Below are positions 1-9,720 of a stretch of 64,000 nucleotides of DNA, one piece after another. Every line of letters begins with the position of its first letter. Within the stretch, counting starts at the first letter, position 1. The stretch is from contig JANQFF010000383.1 of the NCBI GenBank assembly GCA_028277965.1, positions 2,325-66,324 on the forward strand. Reading direction: 5' to 3'. The DNA is from Pseudomonadales bacterium. Its GTDB lineage: Bacteria; Pseudomonadota; Gammaproteobacteria; Pseudomonadales; Azotimanducaceae. The notes under the pieces were generated by a model that was given only the letters and a program-made list of their open reading frames with translations, was not told where the DNA came from and ran no database searches. A program made the translations under genes and the position numbers.

Positions 1-134
1 ACCACAAGCAGGACAACGAGAGCGATCATCCAGTGGGGGATGCGCCTGCGCCTGGATGTCGCGTTGACCCGCAGAGCCTGTGACTTGTCCTGCTCTGCCT
101 GGTTTTTTTTCAGTGCGTCGAGGATATAGGACAT
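1..134 (-). CDS. exeB: ExeB/GspB family T2SS assembly factor, N-terminal part (runs off window edge)
   Basis: Not in the ORF track. Reading the minus strand from ATG 134 gives MSYILDALKKNQAEQDKSQALRVNATSRRRRIPHWMIALVVLLVV, the typical MSYILDALKK start plus a TM helix, 1 bp downstream of the exeA stop. Confidence 0.85.
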   Translation of the reverse strand, partial: MSYILDALKKNQAEQDKSQALRVNATSRRRRIPHWMIALVVLLV

Positions 135-135
135 C

Positions 136-1881
136 TCAGGGCACCAGGCTGGGCGCTGGCAGATCGAGTCGGTCTGCCAGGCGGATCCATGTCAGCGGCC
201 CCACAACACCGTCGGCCACAAGACCTTCAGCCAGCTGAAATTCGAGCACCATATCGGTGAGATCAGCGTCAAAGGTGTCATCGACCGACGTGGATCCATC
301 GACGTCGAGCTGCAACAAGCGCCGGTGTAACCAGGTAACGGTGGGGTGTCTGTCACCCTCGCGCAGACTGCCTTTGTATCTCGGTGGCGTCTGCCACAGG
401 ACAACATACTCTCCAAACCAGTGATCTCGCAGGTCCAGCGGCAGGACATTCTGGATCTCGTTACCGAGCAGCAGGGTGTAATCCTCACCGGTCTTTTCAA
501 GCAGACCGGCGTAGTAGGGGTTGCCTTCCAGATCGATCAACTCGAGAACGGCCGGTGTGTTCAGTTGATCCAGTTCCGTCCAACCCCCAATGCGTTTCAG
601 GCACTGCAGACCCGCCCGGGGAGCATAATCACAGGGTATCTCCTCGGCGTTCAACGGGTAGTCGACTTCCCATTCTGCAAAGACAGCCCGGTAAGCCAGG
701 CGCTGCAGGCGTCGGGTGCTGCCATCCGGCCGGGCGATTGACACAGACAATCGCTGCCGTGGAGGTTCGGGATCGGGTATGGCTGTATCGACAGATTCTG
801 CTGTCGTGGTGGGGTCAGGTGGCTGCGCGGCTGGCTCTTCTGCGATGAGGTCGGGTTCGGCGGCAGTTGGTCTGTCGACCGGGGCTGGCTCGATGGCAGG
901 AGGCGCGGTTTTTTCTACCGCTGAAGGCTCTTCTCCCGCTGAAGGCTCTCTTTCCGCTGAAGGCTCTCTTTCCGCTGAAGGCTCTCGGGTCACGTAAGCC
1001 CAGGTCATGAGGCCGGTCACCAGGATGACGAGCGCAGCGGCGCCGATGAAATAGTTGCGGTTTTCCCGCGGTCGATTACCGGAGACTTCTTTTGCGGCGT
1101 AACGCACCATCGCCACCGTGACCTGGTGTTTGCCCTCGACGTAAGCGCCCAGGAGCGCACGGTCTGCAATGATGTTGATGAGCCGCGGGGTGCCCTTCGA
1201 CGCAAAATAGAGCGCGCGTACCGCCCAGTCGGTGAAGATGCCAGGATTACCACCGGCCCGGGTCATGCGGTGATCGATGTACTGGCGAACCTCGTCCCGG
1301 TTGAGGGGTGTCAGGTGGTAACGCGCGGTGATGCGTTGAGCCAGTTGCCGCAGTTCCTTCCGATCCAGCATGTCAGCGAGTTCGGGCTGTCCCAGGAGAA
1401 TGATGCGAAGCAGTTTCTTCTCATTCGTCTCGAGGTTGGTGAGCAGGCGAATCTGTTCGAGGACAGCGGGGGAGAGATTCTGAGCTTCATCGATGATGAC
1501 GACCGTACTACGGCCGGCCTGATGGGTTTTCAGAAGGTGCCGGTTGAGAACATCGATGTATTGTTTGACGCTCTTGAGCTCCGGGGCGTCATAACCCACC
1601 CCCAGTTCGTCACACAGCGTTTCGAGAAGCTCACGGACGGTCAGACGGGGATTGAGGATAAACGCGACATCGAGTTCGGGGGGCGTCCGGTCCAGGAGGT
1701 TGCGCAAGAGCGTCGTTTTTCCCGTGCCCACCTCACCCGTGATGAGCACGAACCCACCATGGGAAAAGCCATACATGAGATGGGCGAGTGCCTCGTTGTG
1801 CGCATCGCTGAGGTACAGAAAACGCGGATCGGGCGCGATCGAAAACGGTTCCTGATCGAGACCAAAGTGTTCCTGATACAT
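136..1881 (-). CDS. exeA: ExeA/GspA AAA ATPase with C-terminal peptidoglycan-binding domain
   Basis: Walker A GEVGTGKT, Walker B IIDEAQNL, LLGQPEL, TM segment, Pro/Glu/Ala-rich linker, C-terminal FQLAEGLVADGVVGPLT PG-binding motif. Confidence 0.93.
   Translation of the reverse strand: MYQEHFGLDQEPFSIAPDPRFLYLSDAHNEALAHLMYGFSHGGFVLITGEVGTGKTTLLRNLLDRTPPELDVAFILNPRLTVRELLETLCDELGVGYDAPELKSVKQYIDVLNRHLLKTHQAGRSTVVIIDEAQNLSPAVLEQIRLLTNLETNEKKLLRIILLGQPELADMLDRKELRQLAQRITARYHLTPLNRDEVRQYIDHRMTRAGGNPGIFTDWAVRALYFASKGTPRLINIIADRALLGAYVEGKHQVTVAMVRYAAKEVSGNRPRENRNYFIGAAALVILVTGLMTWAYVTREPSAEREPSAEREPSAGEEPSAVEKTAPPAIEPAPVDRPTAAEPDLIAEEPAAQPPDPTTTAESVDTAIPDPEPPRQRLSVSIARPDGSTRRLQRLAYRAVFAEWEVDYPLNAEEIPCDYAPRAGLQCLKRIGGWTELDQLNTPAVLELIDLEGNPYYAGLLEKTGEDYTLLLGNEIQNVLPLDLRDHWFGEYVVLWQTPPRYKGSLREGDRHPTVTWLHRRLLQLDVDGSTSVDDTFDADLTDMVLEFQLAEGLVADGVVGPLTWIRLADRLDLPAPSLVP
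918..986. repeat. 18-bp in-frame tandem repeat (about 3.8 copies of CCGCTGAAGGCTCTCTTT) in exeA
   Basis: Units start at 918, 936, 954 and 972; encodes EPSAER-EPSAER-EPSAGE-EPSA. Confidence 0.95.
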
Positions 1882-1898
1882 CCCGGCGTGACCGTGTG

Positions 1899-2774
1899 TC
1901 AGATGCCGTTTTTCATCGCGTCAACAATACGCTGGTCTTTTTCGAGCCAGAGATTTTTGACCCATTGGGCCAGTGCAGACCGGCGTTTGGACTGATCTTC
2001 CAGATTACCCAGCGGCACCTCGTGAGGGGTCACTTCGATGTGGACGGACTGGCACTTACCCTGCAGGAATTCCCAGAAAGTAGGCACACCGTCGGGATAG
2101 ATGATTGTCACATCCAGCAAGCCGTCCAGGTGGCCTTCCATGCCTTCAAGGACATAGTCCAGGCCGCCGATTTTCGGTCGCAGCAGGTATTCGTACTCGC
2201 CGCCCTGGCGTTTGTGCTTTTCTTCGGTTCGTCGCGTGCCCTCGAGGAAATTGAGGATGCAGGTGGGGTGATTTTTAAACCCTTCGCACGCCGCGGCCGT
2301 GTTTTCGCGGTCTGCGTTCCTGAGTTTGGGATTGGCACGAATCTGATCTCTCGTTGCCCTTTTGACGTAGGGGAAGCCGAGAACGTACATCGCGAGGCCC
2401 ACACCCGGTACCCAGATGAGTTCCTGTTTGGTAAAGAACTTGAGCGGCGGAATGATCCCGTACAGGTAGCTCTGGAGGAGCAGGATATCTGTCCAGCTCT
2501 GATGGTTGGAGATCACCATGTACCACTTGTCGCGTGACATCTCCTCCTGCTGATGCCAGACAATTTCGGGTGCGGTCAGTCCCAGGGTTTTGATCATCTG
2601 GCGATTGCTGCCTGTCCACCACCAGATGATCTTGTCCATGCGGTGCTGAAGGCGGGAACGTGCTTCGCCCCGGGTCCAGGTGCGCCGTAAACACCACCAG
2701 GAGAGCGGTACCCAGACGGCAAAAGTCGTTACCGCGATGGAAACGATCGCGAGAATCCCTTTAACTAGATGCAT
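1899..2774 (-). CDS. 1-acyl-glycerol-3-phosphate acyltransferase family (YihG-like)
   Basis: NHQSWTDI (HxxxxD) and FLEGTR motifs; start taken at ATG 2774 (MHLVKG). Confidence 0.9.
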   Translation of the reverse strand: MHLVKGILAIVSIAVTTFAVWVPLSWWCLRRTWTRGEARSRLQHRMDKIIWWWTGSNRQMIKTLGLTAPEIVWHQQEEMSRDKWYMVISNHQSWTDILLLQSYLYGIIPPLKFFTKQELIWVPGVGLAMYVLGFPYVKRATRDQIRANPKLRNADRENTAAACEGFKNHPTCILNFLEGTRRTEEKHKRQGGEYEYLLRPKIGGLDYVLEGMEGHLDGLLDVTIIYPDGVPTFWEFLQGKCQSVHIEVTPHEVPLGNLEDQSKRRSALAQWVKNLWLEKDQRIVDAMKNGI

Positions 2775-2849
2775 GATGGACGGGTCATTCCCATAAAACC
2801 GCAACGTTTGAGGATGTGTATGTTGTCACCACCGTCTGGAGGGGGCAAC

Positions 2850-3962
2850 TTGACGGTCCGTCTGACTTTCCTGGCCGCCGTTCTGCTTGTTGCCGGTTGT
2901 GAGACGTTGTCGTTTTACAGTCAGGCTGCGCGGGGGCAGTGGCAGGTGTTAAACCGGGCTGAACCTGTGAGTGAGGTGATTTCAGCGCCGGGTCTCTCCG
3001 AAGAGACGAAGCGGCAGCTGGCACTTGCTCAGGAGGCCCTTGTTTTTGCAGAGCAACACCTCAGGCTCGATGTCGGGAAACGCTACAGGCGCTACGCTGA
3101 CCTGGAAAGGACAGCGGTTGTCTGGAATGTGTTTGCAGCGCAGCCCCTGGATTTAGGTGGCAAGCGCTGGTGCTATCCAGTGGCGGGGTGCACCAGCTAT
3201 CGAGGTTTTTTCAGGGAGGCTGCAGCGCACCGATATGCGCGCCGTATGGTGGAGAGGGGGTGGGAAACATACGTCGGCGCGGTACCTGCCTACTCGACCC
3301 TCGGCTGGTTTGACGATCCGATCTTAAGCACGTTTATCCACTGGCCGGAACCGGATCTCGTGAGCCTGCTGTTTCACGAACTGGCTCATGGTCGTATCTG
3401 GGTCAAGGATGACGTGTCCTTCAATGAGGGATTTGCCAGTTTTGTCGGTGAGGCGGGTTTGCGTGCGTGGATGGGGCGCAGGTACGAGGCGCGCGTCTAC
3501 GAAGACTACCTGGAGCGGCGGAAGGGGCAACGTCAGTTCCGACAATTCCTGGTGCGTGCCAAAACGGAGTTGACGAGCCTCTATGCCAGAACTGATTTGA
3601 ATCACGAGGAGAAGCTTGCGGGAAAAGAGGAGCTGATCGCTGCGGTCCTCGCGTGTTATGACACGCATCGCTCCGCCCTTGGCGGGGGCCGCTTCGATAC
3701 CCTCATGCATGAGCGGTTCAACAACGCTTACCTTGTTTCTGTTGGAACCTATGAGGACCGGGTGCCAGCTTTCAGGGTGCTGTTTGAGCAATCCGACGGT
3801 TGGGAGGATTTCTACCGACGCGTGGAGGCCCTGGCGGACCTCGAAGTCACTCACCGCGAACGTGAATTGTCATCACTGGAGGATGAGAAACATCAGCACA
3901 CTGATGACACCCGCCCCGATGAGGTTCACTGCGAGGCCTTCCCGGGCCATGGTGCTGACTGA
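2850..3962 (+). CDS. Zn-dependent aminopeptidase family lipoprotein
   Basis: FHELAH (HExxH) plus downstream FNEGFA, AYSTLGWFDDP motif, lipobox LVAGC; TTG 2850 follows GGAGGG RBS. Confidence 0.85.
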   Translation: MTVRLTFLAAVLLVAGCETLSFYSQAARGQWQVLNRAEPVSEVISAPGLSEETKRQLALAQEALVFAEQHLRLDVGKRYRRYADLERTAVVWNVFAAQPLDLGGKRWCYPVAGCTSYRGFFREAAAHRYARRMVERGWETYVGAVPAYSTLGWFDDPILSTFIHWPEPDLVSLLFHELAHGRIWVKDDVSFNEGFASFVGEAGLRAWMGRRYEARVYEDYLERRKGQRQFRQFLVRAKTELTSLYARTDLNHEEKLAGKEELIAAVLACYDTHRSALGGGRFDTLMHERFNNAYLVSVGTYEDRVPAFRVLFEQSDGWEDFYRRVEALADLEVTHRERELSSLEDEKHQHTDDTRPDEVHCEAFPGHGAD

Positions 3963-5258
3963 AAACCGTCCCGTCGAGAAGGTGATGACATTTGGTGGTG
4001 TCGCCACGGGCAGCATGAAGGCGCATGATGCGCTGAGTGCTGCCGGGATCATGAAGAGTTTCGGGTCGGTTCCGGCGCCGAGGGCCGCGGCCGCGAGAAT
4101 CGGCATGAGCAGCGTCGTTGTTGCCGTGTTGCTCGTCACCTCGGTGAGGAAGGTGACCGTCAGGCACAACACCAGGATCATCAGAAGGAGTGGCAGGACA
4201 GCCAGCTGTTCGAGGCTCGCGCCGATCGTCTGACTCAACCCGGAGCTGGTGAAAGCCGCGGCGATACTCATACCCGCGCCAAAGAGAATCAGCATGCCCC
4301 AGGGGATTTTGTTGGCGGTTTCCCAGTCGAGGAGCCGCCCACCCTCACCGTTGGGCACAAGAAAGAGGATCACCACACCGAGAAACGCCACAATTGCATC
4401 GTTCGTGTAGGGGATGTTCAGCCACTCGGCCCATCCACCCCATGGCTCTGAACGCGTCACCCATGCCAGGGCGGTCACTGTGAACACCAGAAAGACCCTT
4501 TTCTCGCTGGTGCGCCACGCGCCAACATCAGGCAGGTGGAATGTCCCCTCGAAGTTGAGACGCCGTGTCACCCACAAACCCGCCAGGGGTAGCAGCACGA
4601 GAACCACGGGTAAGGCCCAGGTCATCCAGGTCGAAAACGGAATGGTCGTTCCCGTTGTCTGTTCGTAGACCCCCATAAACACGACGTTAGGTGGAGTGCC
4701 TATCGGAGTGCCCATCCCGCCGATGCTCGCGCCGTATGCGATGCCGAGTAGCAAAGGTGTGGACAGGTTTTCATCTTCGCTGTTGTCGAGAACCGCAATG
4801 GCAACAGGCAGGAGCATGAGTACGGTAGCCGTGTTCGATATCCACATGCTCAACACGGCACTTGCCGTCATGAAGCCGAAGACCAGCCGCCTGGAGCTGC
4901 TGCCGCCGAAGGCGCGCACCATGGCCAATGCGATTCGCCGGTGAGCTCCGCTTTTTTCGAGCGCTGTGGCGAGAAGGAAGCCGCCCATGAGCAACAGCAC
5001 CAGGGGATGGCCAACTGCCGTTCCGATCTGCTGGGGCGTCAACACCCCACTTGCCGGAAACAGCGCCAGAGGCAGAAGAGAAGTTGCAGGGATTGGAATA
5101 GGTTCGGTCATCCACCAGATGACCACCCAGGCTGTGATGCCGAGTGTCATGGCAGCGTCGACGTTACCGCCGGAATACCACATGAGGCTGCCTGCCAGAA
5201 ATGCGACAATGGGTCCGGAAGGCAGCGCGATCGATTTAGACAAATTCGGTCCGGACAC
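3873..5258 (-). CDS. SLC13/DASS sodium:dicarboxylate or sulfate symporter
   Basis: SMWISNTAT, GGMGTPIGTPPN, TEVTSNTAT and LPVATPPN motifs with many TM helices; likely start GTG 5258 (ORF-track extension is hydrophilic and overlaps sbcB). Confidence 0.9.
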   Translation of the reverse strand: MSGPNLSKSIALPSGPIVAFLAGSLMWYSGGNVDAAMTLGITAWVVIWWMTEPIPIPATSLLPLALFPASGVLTPQQIGTAVGHPLVLLLMGGFLLATALEKSGAHRRIALAMVRAFGGSSSRRLVFGFMTASAVLSMWISNTATVLMLLPVAIAVLDNSEDENLSTPLLLGIAYGASIGGMGTPIGTPPNVVFMGVYEQTTGTTIPFSTWMTWALPVVLVLLPLAGLWVTRRLNFEGTFHLPDVGAWRTSEKRVFLVFTVTALAWVTRSEPWGGWAEWLNIPYTNDAIVAFLGVVILFLVPNGEGGRLLDWETANKIPWGMLILFGAGMSIAAAFTSSGLSQTIGASLEQLAVLPLLLMILVLCLTVTFLTEVTSNTATTTLLMPILAAAALGAGTDPKLFMIPAALSASCAFMLPVATPPNVITFSTGRFSVSTMAREGLAVNLIGAGVISVLMFLILQ

Positions 5259-5293
5259 TGTTGATATCTGAGGGTGGGGCGAGATTAGCTGAC

Positions 5294-6727
5294 ATGGCAG
5301 ACAGTTTCTATTGGTACGACCTGGAGACTTCGGGTACTGAACCGAAGTGGGACAGGATCGTTCAGTTTGCGGGTCAGCGTACCGACATGGACCTGAATCC
5401 CATCGGTGAACCCTATTGCACGTACGTTGAGTTGCCCGATGACGTGCTGCCGAATCCGCAGGCGAGCCTGGTAACCGGGATAACGCCTCAGCAGACACAG
5501 GCTCAGGGCATCTCAGAGACACAGGCACTCAAGGAAATACAGCGTATCCTGGGTGAGCCGGGAACCTGCACGGTCGGTTACAACAGCCTCCGGTTTGACG
5601 ATGAGTTCCTGCGCTACTGTTTCTACCGGAACCTGCTGGACCCATATGCGCGGGAATGGCAACAAGGAAATTCCCGCTGGGACATCATCGATCTGGTGCG
5701 TGCGACGGGGGCGCTGCGACGCGACGGTATTGTCTGGCCCGAAGATGAAGAAGGCCTGCCGGTTTACCGGTTGGAGGTACTGACAAAAGCCAATGGCCTT
5801 GAACATGGGTCTGCACACGACGCGTTGTCCGATGTCCGGGCGACCATAGCGCTCGCACGCCTCATCAAGGAAAAGCAGGGCAAACTTTTCGACTACTACT
5901 TCAGTATTCGCAACAAGAAAAAGATTCGGGCGATGCTCGAGCCATACGGGGCCCGTGTTCTCGTCCACGTGACAGGCATGTATCCCCGCGCGCGGTATGG
6001 AGTGGCGCCCATAGCTTCTGTGGCTCGTCACCCGTCAAATGCCAATTCAGTTGTGGTGGCGGATCTTGCTGAAGACATCGAACCGCTGCTCACCCGTTCT
6101 GCAGAGGAAATTGCCGAAGGCCTGTTTACACCTGGCACGGAAAACCGCGCTCCGTTGAAAGAGATACGGCTCAACCGTTGTCCGTTTGTGGCCCCTCTGG
6201 AAGTCCTGACGGAAGAAAACCTCGATCGGCTGGGGCTGGATCTGAAACTCGTTAAAGAACGCGCGAGGAGGCTGCAACAGCCGGGCTTGCAGGACAAGAT
6301 AGCGCGTGTTTACTCGCAGCCACCACCGGGAAAAAACGCCGATCCGGATGCGGCGCTTTATGACGGCTTTCTGCAGGATGAAGACAGGTCGCGTTGCCAT
6401 TACCTGCATGAAGAACTCGGTGGAGGCAGATGGCGGGAACTCGACTTCAAAGATGAGCGGCTCGCGCGGCTCGCGCGGCGCATGAAAGCACGCTCATACC
6501 CTGCGCTCATGGACCCCGAAGAGGTGTCCGGCTGGCGGAAATTTGTCTCGAACAAGCTCCTCGGGGATGGCGATTGGCTGAACCTTGAAGCTTACGAGGC
6601 CCACTTGAACGCGCTTGTCGGGGAGCAGATGTCGAACCCGGATCCAGCAGCGAGTGAACGAAACCTGGCAGTCCTTTCCCAGTTGGCCGCTCACGCGGAG
6701 GACCTGCGACTCCGCTACCAGCTGTAA
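5294..6727 (+). CDS. sbcB: Exodeoxyribonuclease I
   Basis: YDLETSG (ExoI), GYNSLRFDDE (ExoII), HDALSDV (ExoIII); start MADSFYWYD at ATG 5294. Confidence 0.95.
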   Translation: MADSFYWYDLETSGTEPKWDRIVQFAGQRTDMDLNPIGEPYCTYVELPDDVLPNPQASLVTGITPQQTQAQGISETQALKEIQRILGEPGTCTVGYNSLRFDDEFLRYCFYRNLLDPYAREWQQGNSRWDIIDLVRATGALRRDGIVWPEDEEGLPVYRLEVLTKANGLEHGSAHDALSDVRATIALARLIKEKQGKLFDYYFSIRNKKKIRAMLEPYGARVLVHVTGMYPRARYGVAPIASVARHPSNANSVVVADLAEDIEPLLTRSAEEIAEGLFTPGTENRAPLKEIRLNRCPFVAPLEVLTEENLDRLGLDLKLVKERARRLQQPGLQDKIARVYSQPPPGKNADPDAALYDGFLQDEDRSRCHYLHEELGGGRWRELDFKDERLARLARRMKARSYPALMDPEEVSGWRKFVSNKLLGDGDWLNLEAYEAHLNALVGEQMSNPDPAASERNLAVLSQLAAHAEDLRLRYQL

Positions 6728-6738
6728 GCGCTGCAACT

Positions 6739-7467
6739 GTGAGCTGTGTTGAATTCAAAGGGGTCACCAAGCGCTTTGGTGATCTGAAAGTGCTCACGGG
6801 TGTTGATGTCGCATGCCCGTCGGGACAGACATCAGCCATTGTTGGAGCGAGCGGAAGCGGTAAAACGACACTCCTGCAGCTCGTCAATGGTGTGCTCCGC
6901 CCGGACGAAGGATTGGTCTCGGTGTTTGGCAGGGAGGTGCCACGGGAGGGCATCGAGCAGTTCCGTCGCGGTATCGGTTACGCTGTGCAGGGTGCGGGTC
7001 TCTTCCCCCACCTGACGGCACAGGAGAACGTCACGCTGGTTGCACGCCTGGAAGGGTGGGAAGAAGCGTCAATGCGCGAGCGGTTCCTCGAGCTCCTGGA
7101 CGAGGTTGAGCTGTCGGCTGATGTATCTGACAGGTTACCCAGGGAGCTTTCCGGTGGTCAGCAGCAACGGCTCGGCCTTTGCCGGGCGCTGATGCTGAAA
7201 CCCGACCTGATGCTCCTGGATGAGCCGTTCTCGGCGATCGATCCCATCACACGGGTCGAGCTCTACGAACGGTTTGAACATATCAAGGCAACCCAGAGCG
7301 TGAGCTCACTTCTGGTTACACATGATCTAAGGGAAGCCAGACGCCTCGCTGAGCACCTGGTGATCCTGAATGGCGGGGTCGTTGAGCAGTCAGGTCCCAC
7401 TTCGGAAGTCCTGTCTCATCCGGATACCAGCTACGTTAGTTCTCTTGTTGAAAGCCAGCTGACGTGA
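6739..7467 (+). CDS. ABC transporter ATP-binding subunit, osmoprotectant (OpuA/OsmV-like)
   Basis: GASGSGKT, LSGGQQQR, LLDEPFSAIDP, VTHD. Confidence 0.9.
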   Translation: MSCVEFKGVTKRFGDLKVLTGVDVACPSGQTSAIVGASGSGKTTLLQLVNGVLRPDEGLVSVFGREVPREGIEQFRRGIGYAVQGAGLFPHLTAQENVTLVARLEGWEEASMRERFLELLDEVELSADVSDRLPRELSGGQQQRLGLCRALMLKPDLMLLDEPFSAIDPITRVELYERFEHIKATQSVSSLLVTHDLREARRLAEHLVILNGGVVEQSGPTSEVLSHPDTSYVSSLVESQLT

Positions 7468-8927
7468 CCAGACTTCTTTTTCTCCTCCTGATACCTCTGA
7501 CTGGTTTTGCAGCAGACCCGATCCGTGTTGGCAGCAAAAACTTCAATGAGAGTTATCTGCTCTCGGAGGTGGTAGCGCAGCTGCTGGAGACGAACGGTTA
7601 TGAAGTAGAGCGTAAGTTCGGTCTGGGTGGCACGCTCATCTGCTACGAAGCGCTCAAGAAAGGTGAAATAGATGTCTATGTCGAATACACCGGCACGCTG
7701 AGCCAGGCGATCCTGGATCTGCCTGGAAATCCAGGGCGGGAAACACTGAACAGGGAGCTGGGTGCACTGGGTCTGAAGCTGCTGGCGGAGTTCGGTTTCA
7801 ACAACACTTACGCGATAGCGGTGCGTCAGGAAGTCGCTGAAACCCGGGCTTTAGAGACCATCGGCGACCTGGCCGGACAGGCTGACTTGCCATTTGTGTT
7901 CAGCCACGAGTTCCTTGAGCGTGAAGACGGTTGGCCGGGTCTGGCTGCAAGGTACGGACTTGCGGGCCATAGGGTTCAGGGCATTGAGCACGGGCTTGCG
8001 TACCAGGCGATATCAGAAGGCGCCATTGGGGTTACAGATGCGTACAGCACCGACGGTGAGCTTGTCCGGTACGATCTGAAAGTACTCGAGGACAACCTTG
8101 CATACTTTCCGAGCTACTTTGCTGCTCCGCTGGTTGGTGAGCAGTTACCTGAAGAAGCACGGGTGCTGCTGGAGACACTGAGCGGGACGATTGACGATCA
8201 GCGTATGCAGGCGATGAACGCTGACGTGGTCTTCAAAGGCATGTCTTTTGGGGAAGTTGCCCAGGGGTTTCTCGCGTCCCGGGGGGTAGTCAGCGAGGTA
8301 CGCGGACAAAGCCTCTGGGAGTCACTGTTGCGCAATACCCTCCGGCATCTGCAGCTAACGGGCATTGCGCTTGGTTTTGCGATTCTCATCGGCATGTCGC
8401 TGAGTCTCATGGTCTACCGTAGTGAGCGAACCAGCGCAGTGATTATTTATGTCAGCGGTCTTATGCAGACCATACCGTCCATTGCGCTTCTGGCGTTGAT
8501 GATTCCGGTGTTTGGGATCGGTGTGGTCCCGGCCATTGTTGCGCTCTTTCTGTACTCGCTGCTGCCGATATTGCGTAACGCCATCACTGCTCTTGCAAAT
8601 GTCGATCCGACGCTGGTCAAGGTAGGTCAGGCGATTGGTCTCAGTCAGAGAGAACTGCTTCGGCATGTGCTGCTGCCAATGTCCCTGCCAGCCATCTTTG
8701 CCGGGATCCGAACAGCGGCAGTCATCAGCATCGGAACCGCAACACTGGCTGCGTTCATAGGCGCCGGAGGCCTGGGCGATCCGATTGTAGTAGGGTTGTC
8801 CCTCGATGATGTTGAACTCATTCTGCAGGGCGCAATTCCGGCGGCCCTGCTGGCGATCGTGACAGAACTGGCGTTTGGGCTTCTCGAAAACAGGCTGGTG
8901 CGACGCCCCAGACGTAAGAGGACGTGA
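7464..8927 (+). CDS. Fused betaine/OsmF-type substrate-binding protein and ABC permease
   Basis: Signal peptide; GSKNFNE, YVEYTGT, FNNTYAIAV, EFLEREDG, YFPSY SBP motifs; C-terminal permease with QTIPSIALL and IGAGGLGD. Confidence 0.88.
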   Translation: MTRLLFLLLIPLTGFAADPIRVGSKNFNESYLLSEVVAQLLETNGYEVERKFGLGGTLICYEALKKGEIDVYVEYTGTLSQAILDLPGNPGRETLNRELGALGLKLLAEFGFNNTYAIAVRQEVAETRALETIGDLAGQADLPFVFSHEFLEREDGWPGLAARYGLAGHRVQGIEHGLAYQAISEGAIGVTDAYSTDGELVRYDLKVLEDNLAYFPSYFAAPLVGEQLPEEARVLLETLSGTIDDQRMQAMNADVVFKGMSFGEVAQGFLASRGVVSEVRGQSLWESLLRNTLRHLQLTGIALGFAILIGMSLSLMVYRSERTSAVIIYVSGLMQTIPSIALLALMIPVFGIGVVPAIVALFLYSLLPILRNAITALANVDPTLVKVGQAIGLSQRELLRHVLLPMSLPAIFAGIRTAAVISIGTATLAAFIGAGGLGDPIVVGLSLDDVELILQGAIPAALLAIVTELAFGLLENRLVRRPRRKRT

Positions 8928-8952
8928 GAAGACGTGAGAATTAGGAGAATTT

Positions 8953-9720
8953 TTGCAACCACTTGAACGAGAGGGCATTCGGCTTGCGGCCACTGTCATG
9001 TTGATACGCGATACAGCTCCCGATCGGGAGGAGGGGATCGAGGTCTACATGGTGCAGCGACCGGGGGGCGAGGTGTTTCCCGATCTGCATGTGTTTCCCG
9101 GCGGGAAAGTTGACGAAGGCGACTGGGCCCCGGACATCTGCGACACGATCGACGATGTGGAGGCAAGTAGGGACCTTGGTGTCGAGGCTGGCGGTCTGCG
9201 CTATTGGGTAGCGGTTGCCCGGGAGTGTTTCGAAGAGTGCGGTGTGCTCCTGGCCCGGCAGGAAGGTGCCATGATCGACTTCGATGAGCCACAAAATGAA
9301 GTGCGTTTCGAAAAATACCGGGCAGACCTCCTGGCGGACAGAATAACGTTTGCGGATATCTGTCATTCCGAAAACCTGACAGTTGCGTGTGATCTCCTCG
9401 CCTACTTCAGCCACTGGATTACTCCCGAAATGGCACCGCGCCGATTCGACACGCGCTTTTTTCTTGCCGCAATGCCGGCAGACCAGGACACCCTGGCTCA
9501 CGATGACGAGGTAGCGGGCGATCACTGGGTCTCGCCTCAGGAAGCGCTTGGTCACTTTGAGCGTGGGGAGTGGCAGATGATTGATCCAACGCTCAGAAGT
9601 CTCGAAACCCTCAGCCGGTTCAAGACGATTGGAGACGCCCTGGCAGGTGTCAGGGGTGGCAACCACCTCATGCCGCTGACGCCCGAGCTCAACCGCCAGG
9701 GTATGCAGCCTTTGAGGTGA
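8953..9720 (+). CDS. Nudix hydrolase, NUDT19-like (split Nudix box)
   Basis: AATVMLIRD, VFPGGKVD...RECFEECG, HWITP, RRFDTRFF; TTG start after AGGAG. Confidence 0.85.
   Translation: MQPLEREGIRLAATVMLIRDTAPDREEGIEVYMVQRPGGEVFPDLHVFPGGKVDEGDWAPDICDTIDDVEASRDLGVEAGGLRYWVAVARECFEECGVLLARQEGAMIDFDEPQNEVRFEKYRADLLADRITFADICHSENLTVACDLLAYFSHWITPEMAPRRFDTRFFLAAMPADQDTLAHDDEVAGDHWVSPQEALGHFERGEWQMIDPTLRSLETLSRFKTIGDALAGVRGGNHLMPLTPELNRQGMQPLR

Noticed and set aside
103-110. T8 homopolymer in exeB as a phase-variation tract
   Set aside because: It encodes the Lys-Lys of the conserved LKK motif and the frame is intact.
1126-2537. Long plus-strand ORFs (289 and 213 aa), and similar ones at 8941-9846, 9552-10346, 34574-35236, 61558-62454
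   Set aside because: Antisense shadows of well-supported genes, expected at high GC; no motifs of their own.
8921-8940. Perfect 10-bp tandem duplication GACGTGAGAA at the permease stop codon
   Set aside because: Could be a slippage scar or an excision footprint, but nothing supports a mobile element and no coding change follows.
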